64,000 nucleotides of DNA, taken from Paramoeba atlantica (Eukaryota; Protista; Discosea). The notes beneath the pieces were generated by a model. It saw only the letters and a program-made list of their open reading frames with translations, had not been told where the DNA came from and searched no databases. The position numbers and the translations under genes were made by a program. Each line of letters starts with the position of its first letter. The first letter of the stretch is position 1. The DNA is taken from the NCBI GenBank assembly GCA_977017575.1, contig CDRNVI010000167.1, positions 62,001 to 126,000 on the forward strand, written 5' to 3'. Shown here in pieces: positions 11,369 through 23,946 of this stretch.

Positions 11369-13329
11369 CTGTAATAGATCAGAGAGGTACATTTGGTATT
11401 GTCGCAAAGATAATCAATCACTTCAGTTTGGCCATCTGAATTTCTGATCCTGCATCCACAAATTCATCTTGCATGATCTGACATATCTTTAAACCAGAGG
11501 AGAATAAAGCAAAGAGGCAAGACAAGAAGTGGATGAGGGGGCAAAATGGACAAAAAGCGCACACATTATTAGAAGGAACGCAATATTCTCAAAAGATATC
11601 CTTGCATCGAAAGACTGAGCACTTTCCGCACATAAAAAGCACTCTCATGCCTCATCATGTCTCGCCATGGTCAAATTCGTGTAAGCACAGCCAGGACTTG
11701 AGAAGGAAATAGAAGAGAGACACATATGAGAATGGAAAGGATGAGAAAGTGAAATTTGATTTAGGAGAAATCTTTGATCCTATCAACAGAACAGAAGAAA
11801 ATGATTCTCTAACACCAACTTTAGGAAATTCAAGGATCTCAGAGGTGAGGTGGATGTCATTGAATGAGGTTCAAGGAGATTCCAAAGAAAGTGACAAAGA
11901 AATATGAACCCAAGAGCAGACCAGAGAAATTCGTAATGCCAATCAGCTCAGCTGGCCAGAAGGCCTAAAATTTCCATGAATTGACAATGTTGCTCACTCC
12001 CGATGAGGGTCACTGAGATCCTCGGGGGGATGCTGAGGGTCTGGATTTGAGACCTTTTGTCAAGCCACCTTTTGGACAGTTCAGGAAGCAGCCAACAACC
12101 TATTTGAATGTTGAATTGGCCCAATTAGTTCAGAGGAAGAAGAGAACAAAGGAGGTTTGGAGTTGGCTCGAGAAACTCTACTTCAAAAGGGGAAGAGACC
12201 AAAACCAAGGATAATCAAGGGGATAATGATGCGAGAAGGAGGCTGGAGAAAGTACTCAAGAAGAAGGAACAGGAGGAGTTAGGATTCACAGTGGAAGAGG
12301 AGACTTCACCAGCAGCGGTATCTCCAGCCTTTGTTGTACCAAAGAAAGAAAGAGGGAAATGGAGATTAAACAAGAGAAAAGGAACAAAGAAAAAAAAGAG
12401 AAAAGGAAAAAGAAAGAAAAGAGGAAAAAGAAAAAACAAAGGAAAAGGAGAAAAACAAAGGAAAAAAAAAAGAAAAAAACAAAGAAAAGAGAAGAAAAAA
12501 AAGAATAAAAAAAAGAACCTTGTTTGGTGGGATCTCAAGTCTCCTTGACTCCCTAACTCCCCGACTCCTCTCTCTCTCTTTCTCTCTCTCTCTCTCAGTG
12601 AGAATTGGATCATCTTCTGGGACATTCAGTCTTGAGGGGTCAAATAGCTTAAAAATATCAAAGAAAAAAGAGTTGTTTGAACAAATCAAAAGAACTCTTT
12701 AATTTGTTCATAAAACTCCAAAACATCACCACAAAAATCCCTTCAATTGTTCTGTTTTTCTTGTTTTTTGATTATATTATCATCTAACAGAAAAAGAAAA
12801 AAGAAAAGAAAGAAAAATTAGTTTTCCAATTCAAAAAAAAACAAAGAAAAACAAAGAAAAAAACAAAGAAAAACAAAGAAAAACAAAAAAAAGAAAAAAA
12901 CACATCACCACAAAACACCCAACAAAATAAAGGTTTTTGATCTTAGATTGGTGGAAAGAAAAAGAGAACGAAAAAGAAAAAAAAAAAGAAAATGGAAAAA
13001 GGAAAAAGGAAAAAAAAAAAGAAAAAAAAAGAAAAGAAAAAAAGAAAAAAAGAAAAAAAGAAAAAAAGAAAAAAAGAAAAAAATACATTTGAACAAGATT
13101 CGTGAGTTGTCCTATTTCAGTTGAAAGTGGTCTTGTGAATGAATTCTTACTGAAATACCTACAAAGAGAAAGAAAGAAGAGGGAAAGAAAAGAAATAAGA
13201 GTTAAAAAGGAAAAAAAGAAAAAGAAAAAGAATAAAAAAAGAATAAAAAAAGAATAAAAAAAGAATAAAAATAATAAAATAATAAAAATAATAAAAATAA
13301 TAAAAATAATAAAAAAATAAAAAATAAAT

Positions 13330-13590
13330 AATAAAAAAAATAATAAAATAAATAAAATAAATAAAATAAATAAAATAAATAAAATAAATAAAATAAATAA
13401 AATAAATAAAATAAATAAAATAAATAAAATAAATAAAATAAATAAAATAAATAAAATAAATAAAATAAATAAAATAAATAAAATAAATAAAATAAATAAA
13501 ATAAATAAAATAAATAAAATAAATAAAATAAATAAAATAAATAAAATAAATAAAATAAATAAAATAAATAAAATAAATAAAATAAATAAA
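13330..13590. repeat. Intronic 9-bp tandem repeat (AAATAAATA)n
   Basis: Nearly 30 near-perfect copies directly downstream of the last visible LRR exon of copy 2. Confidence 0.85.
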
Positions 13591-13591
13591 C

Positions 13592-14925
13592 ATCCAAGTC
13601 AAATGAAAGTTGTCCAAATTCAGTAGGCAAAGACTCCGTGAAGTTATTAGAAATGATGTCTAATAATATTATGAAAAGGAGAGGGAGAGAGGAGAGAGGA
13701 GAGAGGAGAGAGGAGAGAGAGAGAGAGAGAGAGAGAAAAGAAAGAGAAAGAGAGAGAAAAGTGAGAGAGAAAAGTGAGAGAAAGAAAGAAAAGAAAAAAA
13801 TCATCAGAACAGAATAATTTATTCAAAAAATAATCTGAAGAAAAAAAAGAAAAAAAAAGAAAAAAAAAAGAAAAAAAAAAAAGAAAAGAAAAACATTTGA
13901 AGGAGATCAAAGAGTTGTGCAAATTCAACAGGCATTGTCTCTGAAAAGAAATTCCCTCCCAGTGATCTGATAAAATCAAAAATAATTTCAATAAAAATGA
14001 AAGAAATGAAAAGAAATGAAAGAAAGAAAGAAAATGAAAGAAAAATGGGAAAGAAAGAAAGAAAAATAAAGAAAAAAGAAAAAAGAAAAAAAAAAGAAAG
14101 AAAAAGAAAAAAGAAAAAAGATAAAAAAGAAAAAAAAGAAAAAAAGAAAAAAAGAAAAAAAGAAAAAGAAAAAAAGAAAAAGAAAAAAAAAGAAAAAAAA
14201 AGAAAAAGAAAAAATTACAAATCAGTTAAAGAATGAAGTTTTGAAATTTTGTCCAAGATTTTTTCTCCTTTCAGTTGATTGACTCCTAAAAACCTTTTGG
14301 AAAAGAAAGAAAGAAAAGAGAAGAGAAGAGAAGAAAAGAGAAGAAAAGAGAAGAAAAGAGAAGAAAAGAAAAGAAAAGAAAAGAGAAGAGAAGAAAAGAG
14401 AAGAAAAGAGAAGAAGAGAAGAGAAGAGAAGAAGAGAAGAGAAGAGAAAAAGAAAGGAAAGGAAAAGACAGGAAAGGAAAAGAAAGAAAAGAGAGAAAAT
14501 GATAAAATTATTAAAAGAATAATAAAAGAAAGAAAAAAAATAAAATAAAAAGAAAAATAAAAATAAAAATAAAAATAAAAATAAAAATAAATAAAAATAA
14601 AAAATAAAAAATAAAAAATAAAAAATAAAAAATAAAAAATAAAAAATAAAAAATAAAAAATAAAAAAACATGATTTGGACATGATGAAGATTTTCAATTT
14701 CTGATGGAACAGTCCCTCTCAAAGTATTGTCAGAAAGATCTCTAGAAAGAGAAGAGAGAGAAGAGAGAGAGGGAGAGAGGGAGAGAAAAGGGGAGAGAGA
14801 GAGAAAAGGAAGGGAGGGAGAGAGAAAAGGAGGGGAGAGAGAGAAAAGGGGAGAGAAAGAAGAAAGAAAAAGTTAAAAGTTAAAAGAAAAGAAAAAAGAG
14901 AAAAGAGAAAAGAAAGAAAAAGAAA

Positions 14926-14957
<32 letters not shown>

Positions 14958-15084
14958 GAAAAAGAAAAAAGAAAAAAGAAAAAAAAGAAAAAAAAGAAAA
15001 AAAAGAAAAAGAAACAAATAAAGAGAAGAAAGAACTCCAATTTCGGTTGGGATTGTCCCACTGAGATAGTTGTCCGCCAAAAGC
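13592..15084 (-). pseudogene. LRR-domain gene, copy 2 (paralogue of 142-1522)
   Basis: Same five exons in the same order: 15016-15084 (LLADNYLSGTIPTEIGVLSSLY), 14670-14741, 14219-14293, 13895-13965 (71 nt, frameshift), 13592-13659 (68 nt, frameshift). Confidence 0.7.
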
Positions 15085-18042
15085 CTTTTTTAACAAATAG
15101 AAGAGAAAGAGAGAAGAGAGAAGAGAGAAGAGAGAGAAGAGAGAGAAGAGAGAAGAGAGAAGAGAGAGAGAGAAAGAGAAAGTGGAAGAGAAAGTGGAAG
15201 AGAAAGTGGAAGAGAAAGTGGAAGAGAAAGTGGAAGAGAAAGCGGAAGAGAAAGCGGAAGAGAAAGCGGAAGAGAAAGAGAAAGAGAAAGAGAGAGAGAA
15301 AGAGGAGAAGAGAGAAAGAGAGAGAAGAGAAGGAGAAAATGAGGAATGAGAGAATGAGAAAGAGAGAAGAAGAAGAAGAGAGAAAGAAAAAGGAAAGAGA
15401 AAAGAAAGAGAAAAAGGAAAGGGAATAAAAGAAAAAAAGTATTATTTCAAAGGTTTTTTCTTTTTAAAAAAGAAAGAATTAAAAAAAAAGATTAAAGAAA
15501 AAGAAAAAGAAAAAGAAAAAGAAAAGAGAAAAAGAAAAGAGAAAAAGAAAAGAGAAAAAAAAAAGAGAAAAAAAAAAGAGAAAAGAAAAGAAAAGAAAAG
15601 GAAACCGACCACCCCACAGAAAGGAAAGGAAGGGAAAGGAAAGGAAGGGAAAGGAAAGGAAGGGAAAGGAAAGGAAGGGAAAAGTAAAAAAGAGAAAAAG
15701 AGAAAGAGAGAAAGAGAGAAAGAGAGAAAGAGAGAAAGAGAGAAAGAGAGAAGGGGGGAAAGTAGCGAAAAAACAGAGAGAGAAAAAAAAAAAGAGAGAA
15801 AAGACGCTGGATCCAAAAATTTGGAACATCCAAAAAAGAAGAAAATGTACTCAGGGACAAAAAAAAGAAGAAAGAAAAAGAGGGAAAAGAGGGAAAAGAG
15901 GGAAAAGAGGGAAAAGAGGGAAAAGAAAAGAGGAAAAGACAGGAGAAAAAAAGAAGATAGAGGTTTTCGGACCCGAAATAGGGGTCCGTCATTTGGCTGC
16001 TATTTTTTTTCTCATTTTTGGTTCCTCTTTCTTGGTTTCTTCTCTCAGTCCTTTTTTTTTCTCTCTTTTTTTTTTTTTCTCTCCAAAAAAGAGAAATGGG
16101 CGTAAATCAGAGATTTATTTCAGGGTTGAAAGTCAACAAACAAGAACGAAAGTTTCAATGGTAAAAGCAAAAGCAAAGCAAAAAGCAGAAAACAAAGAAA
16201 AGGAGTGAAAGCAGGCACAGGCTGGCTGCAACGCTAAGAAGAAGAAAGAGCAACAAAGGATTCAACGCGTGTGTTGCCAAAAGAGACACAAAGAAGGGAA
16301 AAAAATGAATTCGAGAGCTAAATCTAGCGCGGCAGAATGAGATAAATTCCTATATTAGGGAATTCCTTGTTCGTTTCCGTTTGGTCTCTTCTTCGGGGAC
16401 CTCTTGTTCAAAAAACAAAATCGCCAACTCTCTCTCTCTCTCTCTCTCTCTCTTTTGTGTGGGGTACAAAGAATTCAGCAAAATCTTCAAAAAATCGTGG
16501 GGTGTTTGTTTTTTTCTTATATTTCTCTAATTTTCTTCTTCTTACTTTCTTTCTTTTCTTTTCTTATTTCTTTTCTTTCTTTTTTAGATTGTGGTGAGAG
16601 ACTAAATCAAGAGTTGTTTTTGACCTTTGGTTATGCTCTTTGATCCAGAACAAAAGAATCTTTGTTGATGGATCACTATTACATTGGTGAGGGATATTGG
16701 TGAATCTTGTTGTGTGTTGCTTTTTTCATTGAACATGAGAAAAAAGAAGAACTTTTTTTGATGGTGGTTTTGCGCACACAATGTTAACATTCTTTTCTTT
16801 TGTGGCCAATTTATCGTTGTGTTTGCTGTGTTTTTTTTTTTTCTTTTCCCCTTGTTTCATTTTTGTTGTTTTTTGAGTGGGTTTTCTTTTCTCTTTCCCT
16901 CTTTCCCTCTTTCTTTTTCCTTTTCTTTTTTTCTTTCTATTGATAAACTCTTTTCAGGGGAAATGTGGAAAAGACCATTCAAGATTTCTTTTTTTCTCTT
17001 TACTCTTTTTTATTCTTTTATTCTTTTCTTTCTACTTTTCTTTTTCTTCTTTTTCTTTTTCTCCCTTTTGATGGTGTTCTTCAAAAATTGTGAATACTAA
17101 TTTTTCTTTCTTTTCTTTCTCTAACCTCTCGAGATGGTCCCTAATGAGATATTAAAATAATCTGGCTGCATGTTCAGAGACCTCTGTTTTGTTTCGTGCT
17201 CCACTCCATTGCGGAAAGAAGAGAAAGAAGGGGGTTAAGTTTGGCAAGAAATTTGGAGAATATGGCTATTTTTTGACTTCTTTTAACCTCCTTCTTCTTG
17301 GCGATGATGAATTAATTAATATATTAAGAGGTACCATGAATTTTGCTTGAACTCAGAAGTGGAGTCTATTCCCACCCAACAATTCACAAGGAGAGGGAGT
17401 TTGCCACTCTTGTTACATCACCACAGGTTTCTTTTTTTCCCCTCTTTATTTTGTTATTTTGTTGTTTTGGTGTTTTTGTCAAGTAGTTTAATTGTTTGTT
17501 TTTGTGTTTTTGTATTTTGTTTTTATTTTGTTTTCTTCTTCACTTACAAACCTTCTTCTTAGAGTTTTGAGTTGTAAACTTTTGGTGTTTCGTTTCTTCA
17601 CTGTGTAGTGTTCAGGTTTTATTTTGGTATAAATGTGATTGTTTTGATTGTTGTTGCTATTGTTATTGCTGGATGTTATTGATTGTTTCAAAAGAGCCAA
17701 GAGAAGTGTTTTTTGAGAGCTTGTTGTTGGTTGTCGGTCGGTTGTTGGGTTGTTGGTTGGTTGTTCAGGACAATCCAAGCCAATCCAGACAAGACAACCC
17801 AAAAGAGAACCCAAGAATATGGTGGTATCCTAGAAACTAGAGTTTGTTTGCTAGAAAGAAAAGTGTTAATAGAGGTTGGTTTTCTTTTTCTTTTTTCTTT
17901 TCCCTTTATTTCTTTGATATTTTAGTATCATGTTTTTTTCTCTTTTCCCCTTCTTTTTCTCTTTCTCTCTCTTTTTCTCTTGTTTTTGTTTTTTGTTTTT
18001 TCTTTCATTCCCTTTTTTCTCTTTTTTTCATCATGCAATATA

Positions 18043-18324
18043 CACTACGGGGAAAACGCCCCAAAGATGTTTCAAATAGCCCTTGGCGTCGACAGCCCCT
18101 ATTCTTTGGACAATTTATTTGATTTCTGAAACCTGTGATTTTGCTCTCTTCTTTCCGTTTGAATTTTTTCAAACTGAACTGGATTTTTCTTTCGAAAATG
18201 GAGGAAAACGGGTTTTCGAAAATGGAGGAAAACGGGTTTTCCTCCCAAATCAAATAAATTGTCCAAAGAATAGGGGCTGTCGACGCCATATTTGAAACAT
18301 CTTTGGGGCGTTTTCCCTGTAGTG
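18043..18324. mobile_element. CACTA/EnSpm-type MITE (282 bp)
   Basis: Begins CACTACGGGGAAAACGCCCCAAAG and ends CTTTGGGGCGTTTTCCCTGTAGTG. TIRs are ~80 bp and there is an internal 24-bp direct duplication. Flanks (ATA / CAA) do not give a clean TSD. Confidence 0.7.
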
Positions 18325-18325
18325 C

Positions 18326-18715
18326 AAGAATTTTTTTTAAAGTGGACGCTTATTTTCCAGGGCCCCTTTGAATGGTCCCTCTCTTTGGTTAGTTTTTCGA
18401 AGAATGAAGTTTCGAAATCATTTTTTTTCGAAAAATCAAGTCTCGAAAAATTTTTTTTCGAAGAATGAAGTCTCGAAAACATTTTTTTTCGAAGAATTAT
18501 GTTTCAAAACCATTTTTTTTCGAAGAATCATGTTTCGAAATCATTTTTTTCCAAGAATCACCTTTCGAAACATGATTCTTCGAAAAAAAATGGTTTCGAA
18601 ACATAATCCTTTGAAAAAAAATGTTTTCGAGACTTCATTCTTCGAAAAACTAACCAAAGAGAGGGATCATTCAAAGGGGCCCTGGAAAATAAGTGTCCAC
18701 TTTTAAAAAATTCTT
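18326..18715. mobile_element. Foldback-like inverted-repeat element with internal ~29-bp subrepeats
   Basis: AAGAATTTTTTTTAAAGTGGAC...TTTTTCGAAGAATGAAGT pairs with the right end over ~85 bp. The interior is tandem TTTTTTTCGAAGAATCATGTTTCGAAA-type units that switch orientation near 18560. Confidence 0.75.
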
Positions 18716-18971
18716 TCAATTTATTTATGTATTGCCATTATTGGGTTAATGCTTTGTCATTTTTACAACAGACCCCAAAAAAAACACTCTCCCTCCCCAA
18801 AAAACAAAAATGCAAGTGGAACCATGATTTCTTTTGATTTTCCCTTTTTGCTGGAATTCTGGAGGTTTGCCTTAAAGAGTCTCAATTGGTTTTGATTTTG
18901 TGGTTTTCTTCTTTGTTGATTTCTTCTCATTTTTTTCACTTCTTAAAAAAGAAAAAAGGAAAGGAAAGTAT

Positions 18972-19001
18972 GTCATACCCAGTTGAAAGCATCCCAATCC
19001 C
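18972..19001 (+). pseudogene. 5S rRNA 5-prime fragment
   Basis: GTCATACCCAGTTGAAAGCATCCCAATCCCA matches positions ~8-38 of the 5S gene at 2770. Confidence 0.7.
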
Positions 19002-19086
19002 AGTACCAAAAAAACATTCTCTTTTTTCTTTTTGAAGGAGACATCAATGGTCTAATTTGGTTTCTTAGTTTGAGTAAAATTCATAT

Positions 19087-19122
19087 TCTCTGGGTACAAA
19101 TTTTCAAATTAGTACCCAGAGA
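19087..19122. repeat. Dispersed hairpin, copy 2
   Basis: TCTCTGGGTAC pairs perfectly with GTACCCAGAGA (11 bp), with the same inner AATTT/AAATT stem. Confidence 0.7.
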
Positions 19123-19257
19123 GAATGATAAAATACCAACAAAAATACCAATGAAATGTGAGGCAAACAACAAAGAAAAACTAAAAAAAACAGCAACTTT
19201 TTGCACACTTTTAGTGAACTAAATTTTTATTAGGGGTTATTTCCTCTTTCTTTTTTC

Positions 19258-19725
19258 TCACTTCATTGTAGATTGTGCCAATGCATGTTCCAAAACTTTC
19301 ATCATAATCAACAGATGCAACTGAACCACCCTGAAGTTAACAAGAAATTCCACCTTCTCCAATCTTTCCAACAATTCCATTTGCAGTAAAAGAAACAACC
19401 ATCTTTTCTTTTGATTTTAGCTCTTGTATGGTGCCCACATCACAAATACTAATTTACTCCTTTCACGTGTGATCAGAAGGAGAGATATATTTTTGATGTG
19501 AGTCAATCCATATGCACATTTGTCTCTTGGGAGATGAGTTGTGAATTCAGTCCATTTTCTGTTCGTCCATCCACCACATCCCCACTTTTTGATAAATCAT
19601 GATAATTCAGTTCGACATTTTCCATGTTGTTGATCAAGAAGATACACCCCTTTTGACTTCCCAAATTTGACAGACTGAGCAATAGAGAGGATACATTCAT
19701 CAGAAAATTGAACCACAGAAGCCAT
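19258..19725 (-). pseudogene. ADF/cofilin-like remnant (intronless, frameshifted)
   Basis: MASVVQFSDECI...VKFGKSK, KWTEFTTHLPRDKCAYG, RSKLVFVMWAP and KMVVSF...LQGGS follow the ADF-H consensus. At least three frameshifts are needed. Confidence 0.65.
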
Positions 19726-20399
19726 AGTAGTTGTATTTATTGATCAATCACACAAGAAGGGATTACTTTGTTTTGTTTTGGTTTGGTTGTTTTTGATTGT
19801 TTTTGATTGGTTTTTGTTTTTTGTGTTTTGAGTTTTTGTTTTGAGTTTTTTTTTGTGTGTGTGTGTTGGGTCAAGTCAAGGAGGGGGACGAAGAAACCTG
19901 TGTTTTTTGGAAAAAGTTGGCTCAGTTCAGTGAAGTGTCTATTGGTGCGTTGGGGCAAAGCCAAATAATAATAATCCAATTGCATTGAGGACCGCTCAAA
20001 ATTGCTGTCTGAGAATCACTCAACTTGATCCTCTTCTTTTTCATCACACACGAATTTGCTCAGAATCCAGAACAACAGGATGCACATCCCAAGTTTTACA
20101 CATTTGAGACACAGAAAGGAGATTCATCTTGCATTGAGTGTTTCTCATTTTTCGAAGACAACTCTCCACAACCAACCCCTCACTTCGAAAAAAAAACCAA
20201 ACCCGCCCAAACCAAACCCGCCCAAACCAAACCCCAATCAATGCTTTCACTGAACAAAAAAAAAGTCAAAAAAAAAAAGGAAAATTTTGTGAGAATTGAA
20301 CCACCCCTCCCCAAAACCACCCTCCTTTTTTTCCAGTCTAAGTTTTGTTTTTTGTGGTGGTGTCTTTTTGGTGATTTTGTTTTTTGTTTGTTTGTGGGA

Positions 20400-20800
20400 T
20401 TGTTCTGTTCAAGCTCAAAGATTTTCAAAGCCTCTGAAGGAACATCCAGGATGTGTATGGAACTTTCAACTGTAGTTCTCAAGTGTTCTATCTCAATGAT
20501 GAGTGTGATGTGTTGTCTTTGTGAAACGTGACCAAGACTTGGAGAAGATGCTTTATTTCTCCTCCCAAAAAAGAGCAAACAAGATGGTGACAGCAGTGAA
20601 GAGTCATCAGGAGATCGAAAATCGAGTGAATGATGATGAAGAGAAAGTGGGTGATGAGAAGAATACTGATGATGTTGATTCAGTTTCTGAGAACTCCAAG
20701 AAAAGCCTCAAAGGAACAACAGAAGAAGAGAGAGAAGAAGATTGAAATGCTCAGGAAAAGTGTGATGAGAAACTGGCAGATCATATTGATGTTCTTGAGA
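20400..20800 (+). pseudogene. PB1/coiled-coil paralogue 2 (inverted relative to 3503-4460)
   Basis: Nucleotide homology, e.g. ATCCAGGATGTGTATGGAAC and GATGAGTGTGATGT..TCTTTGTGAAACGTGA, continuing into the EIENRVNDDEEKVGDE segment. Confidence 0.65.
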
Positions 20801-22392
20801 GTAACACACAACCTCCCCCCCTCCCCTGCACACACCACAAAAGTCTCTATCTTTTTGTTGGTTCTTTTTCTTTTTTTCTTTTTCTTCTTTTCTTTTTCTC
20901 TTTCTCTTTTTCTTTTTTTTCTTTTTCTTTTTCTTTTCTTTTTTCTTTTTTCTTTTTTTTTCTCCTTTTTTTTCTCCTTTTTTTTCTCCCTCTTTTCTTT
21001 TTCTCTTTTTCTTTTTCTTTCTTTTTTCTCCTTTTCCTCTTTCTTTTTTCTTTTTTTTTCTCTTTTCTTTTTCTTTCTTTTCATTTTCTTTTTTTTTTTT
21101 CTTTTTCTGTTAGTTAGGTGACAATTTTTGAGTTTTATGAACAAATTAAAAGTTTTTTTGATTTGTTCAAACAACTTTTTTTCTTCTTATGATACAATTC
21201 TTGCTGAGAGACTTGAGACCACACATCCAAGGTTCTTTTTTCCCTTGCTTGATCTGCTTTCAATCAGAGGTTTTTCCTTCTCTTCCTCTTGTTTCTTTCT
21301 TATCTTTCTCCTTTTTCTCCCTTTTTTACTTTCCCTTTTTCTTTTTTATCTCTTTTGTTTTCCCCCCTCTTTTCCTCCTTTCTCTTTTTCCTCTTCCTTC
21401 CTTCCCTCCTTTCTTTCCCCTTTGTTTTTTTTAAAATTCATTGACTTTCCTTTTGAATGAAGGGAGCTTCTTTATTTTGTGTTTTGTTGTTCCTGGAGTA
21501 TTGTGCATTGTTTGTGGGGGGGGAATTGTTGTTTGTTGTTTTGTTGTTTGTTATTTGTTATTTGTTGGCAGTTGTTTATAGGTGGTTGTTTCTTGGGTGG
21601 ATATTTGGGTTATGGTTATTTGGTTTTGTTGAATACCTGTGGTGGAGGGAGGGGTTTTGGTGTTTTGTTGTGATGATGATGTTTTTTTTTGTTTTTTGTT
21701 TTTTTTAATCAAAAAAACTAACTTTTTTTCTTTTCTTTTCTTTTAAAAGGGATAATTGCTTTCCTCTTTGTATAATATTTCCACTTTGTACTTGGCTTTT
21801 AATAATTTATTTGTGATTAACATTCAAGATCAAGAAAGGCAAAACAAATTGAAAAGATTGTAAAGAGTGTTATAAACAAGTTAAAAAGTTCTTTTGATTT
21901 GTTCAAACAACCCTTTTCTCTTTGATGTTATAAGAGGATTAAACCTGGTGGACCCTTGAGAATTTCAATTATTTCTTCAATTATTTTATGACTCACCCCA
22001 GTTCAATGTTGGGAACCTTTGATTTGGCATTCCTTTGTCTTCTGAGAAAGAAGAGCTTCAAGAGAAATGGAACCTGACTCAGATGGTTAAGCTGTGAGAC
22101 TATCAGCTTACTAGGGTTCTTTTTTCTTTTTTCTTTATCATTAGATTTTTTTTGTTTGTTTCCATTTTATTTCCCCTATTTCCTTTATCTTACTCTTCTG
22201 ATCTTTTCTTTTTGCCTCCTTTTTCTCATTTTTTTTGACCAGAGAACTCTTTTTTTTTGTTGAAACAATCAACTTATTGGATAACCATAAAAAGAACTTT
22301 CATTCTTGAATGGATGAAGAAGTGTTATTTTGGTTCTTTTCCTATCAGTGGTGATCCAAGCAATGCTCAAATGACCTCAAGGAAGAAAACTT

Positions 22393-22436
22393 ATACTCTT
22401 TGGGTATGAATTTTCAAATTAGCACCCAGAGAGTAT
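22393..22436. repeat. Dispersed hairpin, copy 3
   Basis: ATACTCTTTGGGT / ACCCAGAGAGTAT (one T:G pair), same inner stem. Confidence 0.65.
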
Positions 22437-22679
22437 GAAAATCCTAGGTTCATTTTGGTAACCCTGGTGACTTTGGTTTGTTATTTTTCAAATAATGTCT
22501 TCTATTTTTGTCTTCTCTTCTTTGGAGGAGGATTGAAAGACTTCTTTTTTGAACCTAGGAGAGTAAGGAGAAGGGCAAGAACCATCTATTCACCTGACGG
22601 GTTCAATTCCCACATATTGAATTTTTTCATTTTTCTTCATCTTTTTGTTCCAATTTTCTTCAATCCCTTCTGTTTGAGT

Positions 22680-22750
22680 GTTTTTTTTTGTCTTGATGAT
22701 GAGTGTGATAGTGTCTTTGTGAAACATGACCAAGACTTGGGAGATGCAAA
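22680..22750 (+). pseudogene. PB1 paralogue 3 (OPCA-motif fragment)
   Basis: Translates CLDDECDSVFVKHDQDLGDA. Confidence 0.55.
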
Positions 22751-23946
22751 AAGGATTGAAAGGAAACAAAAAAAACAAAAAAAACAAAGGATAAAAAAAA
22801 TTGTGAAACCCCAAAATCTTTTTTTTGTGGCTAAAAAAAGAGTGTTGCACCTTCCCCACTCTAGTTTTCTGTTTTTGTTCTTGCCATCATCTCTTTTCTT
22901 TTCTCCTTACTTCTCTTTTTTTCTCCCTTCTTTTCTCCCTTTTTTTTCTTCCCTTTTTTTTCTTTCTTTTTGTTTCTTTTCCTTTCTCTTTTTCCTTTTC
23001 TCTTTTTTTCTCTTCTTTCATAGGTCACTGTGATCATGATTGGGTTAAATATGTTGCTTCAAGTTGTGGTTTCTTTTTCTTTCTTTTTTTTCTTTCTTTT
23101 TCTTTCTTTTTTTTCTTTCTTTTTTTTTCTTTCTTTTTTTGTTTTCTTTCTTTTTTTCTTTTTTTCTTTTTCCTTTTCCTGTTTTTTTGTGCTTTCTTTT
23201 TCTTATTTCTTCTTTTCTTTGGTGGGTTACTTCTCTTTTTTGTTACCAGAGAGCCAGAGGGTTGATGGAGAATCTGAGAGTTAGGTTTTTTTTGTTTTCT
23301 TGAATGAAATTCAAAAAAAAAGATATCCCCCTCCAAAAGGGAACAAGAGTGAGGTGAGGGATTGAATAATTACTGATGTGAGTTTTTTGGACTGTTTTTT
23401 CTTGCTTGTGTTTGTTGGAACTTGTGTGATCTATTCTTTTTTTTCTTCAAAAAAGGTTTTTTTTGTTATGTTTGCTTTTATTATTATTTGGTTTTCTTTT
23501 GTTGGTTGGTTGAGATGTTGTTGGGAGAGTTGTTTAAAAGTTTGGATCCTCAACTTATCTTTGAGAGAGAATTACTGTTTGGGTTATTTTTATGGATTGT
23601 TGTTTCTTTCTTTATTCTAGGTTTTTTGGTTGTGTCACATATATTATTTAAAACTGTTTGGAATGATTTCACCCTGAAAGTGTTTGTTGGCAAAGAGTCT
23701 GTGTGAATGTTGCTGTTGTTGTTTTGTTTGATTCTCTCCAATAGTGTACTTTGTTTGGAATATTGTTGTTGTTATTTTGTTATTTTATTATTGTTGTTAT
23801 TTATTGTTGTTATGATTATTTTTTTCTCAGCCTGGCTCACTCTCTTGTCGATATTATTTTTTATTTTTATATCCATTTCCATTTCCTTTTTCCTTTTTGT
23901 TTTTATGTGACATCTTGTTTTTTTTTTGTTGTGAAGCTTTCTTGGA

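Noticed and set aside
16159-16330. Small basic ORF MVKAKAKQKAENKEKE*KQAQ...
   Set aside because: Interrupted by TGA, low complexity and no identifiable family. Too weak to call.
18390-18650. CRISPR-like array in the 29-bp repeats
   Set aside because: There are no unique spacers, the units invert mid-array inside TIRs, and there is no cas context.
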